Position numbers and translations under genes: made by a program
Shown here: one piece after another, positions 45,296 through 50,596 of the stretch
How the letters are laid out: the number at the start of each line of letters is the position of its first letter
Position numbering within the stretch: position 1 is the first letter of the stretch
The notes under the pieces: model-generated
The model's input: the letters and a program-made list of their open reading frames with translations, nothing else
Databases searched by the model: none
What the model was told of the DNA's origin: nothing
IMG/VR virus record: IMGVR_UViG_3300043499_000126
Coordinates: 1 to 50,596 of that record
DNA length: 50,596 bases
Direction: 5' to 3' (one strand)
Source: a virus
Taxonomy: Duplodnaviria; Caudoviricetes

Positions 45296-48239
45296 GTCGT
45301 GGTGGGTGGGGGAGAGTAGATCGACTACTTCCTCCACCTACTCTTGCTGCTATACCAGAGCCTACAAATGGTATGGATCGAGCAAATTGTTTCTTTAGAG
45401 GATCATATGGTCCTGAACCACCAGGCTTATCTGCCGCAGCATGATAGGCTCCATACATTAGCTGCCCAGCATCACTAGCTACAGGACCACCCATAAGCTC
45501 TGCCAGACCTGAAGCCTTTCCACCTGCACTAATCACGTCAGTCAGAATCCCAAGTGCCCAAGCCTGACCAAGATTCGCAAAGACCCTTTCTAGTCCCTCT
45601 CCTCTATCTGCTATGGCTTGTCCTGGTCCTACTCCTGAGACAGCGCCTTTCACGCCCGCCTTAATATCCCCAATACCCTCGCCCATTGTAGCATATAGTG
45701 CAAGGGCTAGAGGGATATTCCTCCCAGGGTTCTCCATCACTGCATCCCGAATAATGCGCGTCTGAGTGAAGGCATACTTCTTAAATAGGAGAGGTATCTC
45801 TGCGATAGGATGACCTGACCACAACCTAGGCAAGTCGATACCTTGCGCGCGGCCCTGAGTAATCTCCGACATTCTACCACCTGCGATACCCTGCTGCTCA
45901 GGAGTAAGAGATTCCTGTTTCAGAACATTGTCGACAGGTTCTAATACAAGATTCTGCAAGCGTGCTCTTGCTCTCTTATTAGTCGGATCTTTCTTTAGCT
46001 GCGTGAATAGTTGATTAGCTGTGCTCTTACCTGCTACAGCTGAGACAGTTCTATTCAAGGTCTCTGACTTCTTCATCAGAAACAACTTGGACATTGCACC
46101 TTCTCCACCCACTTCCCTGAGAAGGTCCTGGTTAATTGTCTGGAGCGCGCCAGTAGCTTCAGCCTCACCTACAGCTTTCTTATAATCTGTAGCAACCTTT
46201 CCGATTGCTTCAGCATATGCACTGAGGTTAGCTCGTAGTGGTGTAGTTGCCATCTGTGAGAAATTTGATACGGCGTAGTGCGAAAGGTGTGCCGCACTCA
46301 TTACTTTTCTTATACCTTTATTGACAGTAGTCCAAGCTGGATTTCCTGTGCTTGCCACGTCACGACCTAGATGTGCACTGAGGATTTCCCTAACTCTCTT
46401 TGGATCATCCGTCCCCTTAATTAGTTTCTCGATCGGGCTGTTAGGATCTGCAATGTCGCGCGCCCCAAACTCGCGCGCCTCTGCGATCCTCTTTCCCATA
46501 TCATTCAAGTGCATAAGGTCTGCATCAAGGTCCATCCTATAACCTGGGGCATTACCCTGACGCTCATGCTGCGCAGATATAAGACGCTCGCCATGTTGAG
46601 CTGCGTTATCTACAGCCTTTGCAGCATCGTCGACAGTCCAACCTTCTTTTTCAAGCTGGGCTATAAATGCATCCCTATTCTTAACAAGATTTTTCCTATC
46701 GTATATGTGAGGCCAATGATTAACTCTCTCACGAAATGGAATGATCTTCCCCTCAGCAGTTCTTATGCCTGCACCTGAGTCCTTCATAGCCTGGACTACT
46801 TCTTTGTCTATAACGGCTCTTGCTTCTAATGCTTTTTGGACAGCGGGATCGTTAGGAACTATACCCTTATCTCTAGATTCGACATAGACCTTTATCTGTT
46901 CAGGTAGCAGATTTTTAACTGCCTCCTTAGCGCGCTTGCCCCACTCACCACCTAGATAATCACCAAGATGTCTAGTCTTAGAGACGAGTTCTGCAAGCTC
47001 AGGACCAGTCTTACCTGCGTCCTTAAGGACTGAGATATCACCCTTGCCTATCTCAGCAAAAGCCTGAGCACCTGGCATCTTCCAAGCTTTTTCCCTTGCC
47101 CATTGATAGAGACCAGTTTTCTTTGCAGCGTCCTGTAGTTCAGGCACACCAGACGCAGCAGCCTTTCCGACAGGTCCCTCTGTAGCCTCGCCCATTACCT
47201 TGTTTGCAACAGGTCGAGCAGATGCTTTAGGTCCAAATGTTCCAACAGGAGGTCCCATCTTTGGTCTGGGGTCTGACACGAACTCATTGCCAGGGATGAC
47301 CTCTCCCTCTGGACCAATCGTTCCAGAGACCTTAGGCTTTCCACCTGGGAATGTTCCAGCTTCAGACCCAATATCCCAAGGCATTGTAGGTTGCGCGTCG
47401 AACCCTAGTTTCTGCCTACCGATAACAGGCTGTAGTATAGGTTGAGTGGTAGGGTCATGCACTCCGTAAGGACCAATCTCTGGTCCTTCTATGATTGTAG
47501 ATACAGGTTCCTTGTGTCGAAATGGTAGACCAGGCTGGTCAAAACCATAATCCATGGGCATCTGTGTAGGCTCAGGTCTGACAGGAGGAACGTCAGGCAA
47601 AGCTTCTGCAACGGGCGCGGTTTTCTTCCCACCTCTAGCTCCAGCTAAAGTAAGTGCGGCAGGAATAAGACCTGACCCAATAGCATGACCATATCTGCCT
47701 TCTCCGACGTCGCGCGCCATGCCAGTAACAGGTATACCTGTCAAGGCTTCGACAGGAGCAGCTAGAGACCTGCCAAGAGCTTTGAAGTTTTCACCTCTCT
47801 GCTCATACCCATAAGCCTCTCTACCACCTTGCATGAAGGGCTCAGTGACCCCACCGACAAGTTCCTTCGCAGCACGCGCACGATCTTGCAGACCTGCTTC
47901 TGAGAAGTCCAGGTTAGATGGTGTTAGCTTGCCGACGTTACTGGCGAAGTGTCCAATCCCCTTTAGGGTCTCGCCAATACCCCCAAGGAAACCTGTATCC
48001 CGAGGCTTCTGAGTTGGAGCTGTAGGTAGCTGCAAAGACCTATATTCTTCTGGTAGCTCATCAAGGTCTGTGCTAGGATAGTTCGGACTTGCTGGACCAG
48101 GAGGTGGCGCACTTGGCGTTATGCTCCGACGTTTCTGCATCCAGTCTCTAACATCTGACTGCGTTGGAGGTGTCGGCTTATCCCAATCCATGTCCAGGAT
48201 TTCGCCGTCGTAGTCTATCTGAATCCTTCTACCAGGCAT
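45267..48239 (-). CDS. Large internal virion/ejection protein
   Basis: 990 aa, Gly/Ala-rich and helical; last of three ejection-like genes. Confidence 0.6.
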   Translation of the reverse strand: MPGRRIQIDYDGEILDMDWDKPTPPTQSDVRDWMQKRRSITPSAPPPGPASPNYPSTDLDELPEEYRSLQLPTAPTQKPRDTGFLGGIGETLKGIGHFASNVGKLTPSNLDFSEAGLQDRARAAKELVGGVTEPFMQGGREAYGYEQRGENFKALGRSLAAPVEALTGIPVTGMARDVGEGRYGHAIGSGLIPAALTLAGARGGKKTAPVAEALPDVPPVRPEPTQMPMDYGFDQPGLPFRHKEPVSTIIEGPEIGPYGVHDPTTQPILQPVIGRQKLGFDAQPTMPWDIGSEAGTFPGGKPKVSGTIGPEGEVIPGNEFVSDPRPKMGPPVGTFGPKASARPVANKVMGEATEGPVGKAAASGVPELQDAAKKTGLYQWAREKAWKMPGAQAFAEIGKGDISVLKDAGKTGPELAELVSKTRHLGDYLGGEWGKRAKEAVKNLLPEQIKVYVESRDKGIVPNDPAVQKALEARAVIDKEVVQAMKDSGAGIRTAEGKIIPFRERVNHWPHIYDRKNLVKNRDAFIAQLEKEGWTVDDAAKAVDNAAQHGERLISAQHERQGNAPGYRMDLDADLMHLNDMGKRIAEAREFGARDIADPNSPIEKLIKGTDDPKRVREILSAHLGRDVASTGNPAWTTVNKGIRKVMSAAHLSHYAVSNFSQMATTPLRANLSAYAEAIGKVATDYKKAVGEAEATGALQTINQDLLREVGGEGAMSKLFLMKKSETLNRTVSAVAGKSTANQLFTQLKKDPTNKRARARLQNLVLEPVDNVLKQESLTPEQQGIAGGRMSEITQGRAQGIDLPRLWSGHPIAEIPLLFKKYAFTQTRIIRDAVMENPGRNIPLALALYATMGEGIGDIKAGVKGAVSGVGPGQAIADRGEGLERVFANLGQAWALGILTDVISAGGKASGLAELMGGPVASDAGQLMYGAYHAAADKPGGSGPYDPLKKQFARSIPFVGSGIAARVGGGSSRSTLPHPPRPSLPRVPRP

Positions 48240-48247
48240 GGTTCACC

Positions 48248-49480
48248 TCAGAACTTAAGACCACCACCGCCAGTAGGTAGGTCACTGAATTTGATTGGTC
48301 CCTGACCCATCCCAGCAGGTGCTCTCGGGGGCGCTCCAACACCAGGTCGACGAGTCCGTAGAACACCTTGCTTAGCAGTCTCGACAGCTCGCAAGAATTC
48401 CTGAGCCTCAGGACTGGCAGGATCTACAGGGTTAGTTCCCCAGAGCGTGCCAGGTCTGGCTGGCATTCCATTAGCGTCGATGGTCCAGTCCTTGAACTTC
48501 GGATTTGTGCGCGCCACCTCTTGAGCAGCCATCGCATTGGCAGTAAAGACCTCACCAGCATTGACGAATCCAGCCGAACCTGCGTTCATGCCAGACTGGT
48601 CAGCATTCTGTTGTGAGATATTGAGTTGTCTATCGCGAGCCGCATTAGCGATCTCGTCCTGTGCTTGACGCTGACCAAACTCTACTCCACGCTGGTTCAG
48701 ATTACCAATGCCAGTGTTAGCATTGATACGACCTGTCTCTGCACCGTATGCAGAGATATTCGTGGCGCGCTCTTGGTTGGCAACCTTACGACCCTCGATA
48801 GAAGGTCCCATATTCTGTTGTCTTCCATCAGGATGATACAGAATAACGTTGCCCTCAGGGTCTGTCATTTCACGGAAGCCCTCAGTCTTCATCTTACCAA
48901 TCTGGGCTTCTCGATACATTCGATTCGTGGCGGCCTGCTCTTCGTCGATGTCTACCTTACGCCGAGCGAGCGCCTGAGTCTCTGCATCGACTTGTTGTTG
49001 CCTGACAGCCTTAACGTAGTTGAGCTGACTCGTGGCGTCGTCCTTCTCGATGTCAGCTTGTTCCTTCAGGCCCGCACCTTTCGTCTGCCAAGACTCCATT
49101 GCGTTCCTGTATGGTGCATTGATGATTTGCTCACCAACGTAAGCACCCATCTTTGGATCATTGAATCCTGCTGCTGCGGCAGCGAGCGCGCCACCTATTC
49201 GACGTGTCTGTGATGGAGCATATTCTTCTCGTGTCGGTAGCTTGGTAATGTGCTCTCGATAGGCATTGCTAGCCTGTCCGCCTTGCAAGCGTTTCATGGC
49301 TATCGACACGGGATCGTTGTCAGCCTCCTCAGACACAGGCCCTGAAGGGGCGCGTCCTGGTGTTGTCGAACCTCGATTAAAATCGATCTTCCGATAAGCA
49401 CCCATCAGTGGGTCATCCTGCTGGGGAGCGAAGATGTTGGCGAAGCGACGCATGTTGAAAGCGTTATCTTCTCTCGCCAT
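48248..49480 (-). CDS. Internal virion/ejection protein
   Basis: 410 aa, Gln/Ala/Gly-rich coiled coil; TAATG coupling. Confidence 0.6.
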   Translation of the reverse strand: MAREDNAFNMRRFANIFAPQQDDPLMGAYRKIDFNRGSTTPGRAPSGPVSEEADNDPVSIAMKRLQGGQASNAYREHITKLPTREEYAPSQTRRIGGALAAAAAGFNDPKMGAYVGEQIINAPYRNAMESWQTKGAGLKEQADIEKDDATSQLNYVKAVRQQQVDAETQALARRKVDIDEEQAATNRMYREAQIGKMKTEGFREMTDPEGNVILYHPDGRQQNMGPSIEGRKVANQERATNISAYGAETGRINANTGIGNLNQRGVEFGQRQAQDEIANAARDRQLNISQQNADQSGMNAGSAGFVNAGEVFTANAMAAQEVARTNPKFKDWTIDANGMPARPGTLWGTNPVDPASPEAQEFLRAVETAKQGVLRTRRPGVGAPPRAPAGMGQGPIKFSDLPTGGGGLKF

Positions 49481-50596
49481 TAGCCTACTCCCATGCCATA
49501 CATATCCATACCAGCTTTCTTGGGAGTTCTTATTCCTCCACCACCACCGAAGTAGGCACCTGCTCCAGTCGCAGCAGCGTTGAGGAGGTCACGACCCCAG
49601 CCCTGATCTCTGGGCATGGCACTCATACCCTCGTTCCAGACTCCTCTAGACTGGAGTCTGTTCTGGTCGTAGAGTGCAACCTCACCCGGTGTGTCACTCC
49701 TCAGACCACGCAGACCACCTGCACCAGCTAGTGCGTTATCCGCGAGGAATGAGGCGCGCCACCGAGCATCAGCAGACGCATTGGCGGCAGACATCACTCC
49801 TCTGTTAGCCGCGCCTTCCGCGAGGTCCGCAAGACCTCTTGTTCCAGCAAGCTCATTACCAGTCTTGAGTCCTTGCCAAGCAGTCTCATTCCCTGCACCT
49901 GCATTGGCCGCACCGGATCTGTTCTGAGCAATCGAGTTCGCCATTCCTGACGTAGCATCGACCACTCCACCCATACCAGCGAGCTTGTTCTGCGATAGCA
50001 GACCTTGAAGACTCTGCTCCGCACTGGTCAGGCCGGAAGTTCCCCACTGTCTACCCTTGTTGACAGCGTCCTTGATACCGAGTTCGGTCTCTAGTGCCGC
50101 TCCCGATACACCTCTCGCCTCATCTCGCGCAAGCCTTGACATGAGAGCGGCTTGACCCGGACCACCACCCCCTTGGACGCGCCCGAGACGGTTGCCTTCT
50201 TCTCGAACCCTATCGTAAAACGCTGGAATGCCTGAGGTTCCTCGGAGTCTTGCGTTGGAGACATCCTTGTCGGAGTAGCCTCCAGTGCGCGCAAACTCGT
50301 CAAAGACCCCCATTCCTCGCATCCTGTTGATAGCCTCGGCATCAAGGCCCCCAGTATCTGCGAAGTTCTGATAACCAGCAATCGACTTGTTGACGTTAGC
50401 AATCTGCTCAGGGGACCAGCCACCCGACTTTGCAAGCTCAGTGAGTGTGCCCTGAAACTCATTAAATTTTGTAGGGTCAAGTCCACCCCCATTCATGAAC
50501 TTTCGATAAGAGGCTTCATAGTCTCCTGATGCATCTGATGCACCACCACCCCCCCCCCCCCCCCCCACCCCACCCTCCAGAAGCGGGGCCCGCGGG
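49480..50596 (-). CDS. C-terminal part of the Gly-rich ejection protein (5' end beyond the window edge)
   Basis: Frame open to base 50596; poly-Gly start; probable continuation of 1..235. Confidence 0.65.
   Translation of the reverse strand, partial: PRAPLLEGGVGGGGGGGGASDASGDYEASYRKFMNGGGLDPTKFNEFQGTLTELAKSGGWSPEQIANVNKSIAGYQNFADTGGLDAEAINRMRGMGVFDEFARTGGYSDKDVSNARLRGTSGIPAFYDRVREEGNRLGRVQGGGGPGQAALMSRLARDEARGVSGAALETELGIKDAVNKGRQWGTSGLTSAEQSLQGLLSQNKLAGMGGVVDATSGMANSIAQNRSGAANAGAGNETAWQGLKTGNELAGTRGLADLAEGAANRGVMSAANASADARWRASFLADNALAGAGGLRGLRSDTPGEVALYDQNRLQSRGVWNEGMSAMPRDQGWGRDLLNAAATGAGAYFGGGGGIRTPKKAGMDMYGMGVG

Larger units (their letters stand above)
1..50596. mobile_element. Tailed dsDNA bacteriophage genome (podovirus-like), apparently near-complete and circularly permuted
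   Basis: TerL, portal, scaffold, capsid, tail and replication genes in two divergent arms; no host housekeeping genes; the ORFs open at both ends appear to be parts of one gene. Confidence 0.93.

Noticed and set aside
50546-50596. Poly-C tract as a G-quadruplex or telomere-like end
   Set aside because: More simply a Gly-codon linker plus homopolymer error at a contig end

Overview
The window is an apparently near-complete ~50.6 kb tailed-phage genome with a podovirus-like gene set, linearised inside a Gly-rich virion gene (N-terminal part at 1-235, C-terminal part at 49480-50596). A divergent control region (~28330-30100) with several near-consensus sigma70 promoters separates two arms. The minus-strand arm (28325 to 1, continuing 50596 to 45267) encodes TerL, a 1579-aa multi-enzyme protein, portal, scaffold, capsid, adaptor/nozzle, tail fibres, a beta-helix tailspike, a GNAT-like protein and probable ejection proteins. 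The plus-strand arm (28696-45295) encodes small early proteins, an SNF2 helicase, a Cas4-like nuclease, a Sak4-like ATPase, an SSB, a ParB-methyltransferase, a UDG-PolA fusion and a primase/helicase-type ATPase. The most striking element is a translationally coupled RiPP-like cassette inside the tail module. It comprises a protein with ~29 His-X-Asp motifs (5184-6005), a radical SAM/SPASM enzyme with the same HxD motifs on its own C-terminus (4012-5187) and a Cys-motif/methyltransferase fusion (2690-4033). This suggests phage-encoded post-translational modification, possibly His-Asp cyclophane crosslinking, of a virion-associated protein. Also seen: a 23-bp palindrome in 7 dispersed copies, a strand-biased 13-mer in 5 copies, three 26-bp repeats in the control region, GCGCGC enrichment, and candidate counter-defence genes. 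No integrase, tRNA, CRISPR array or clear lysis cassette was recognised. All functional calls come from motifs and gene context read by eye; no searches were run.
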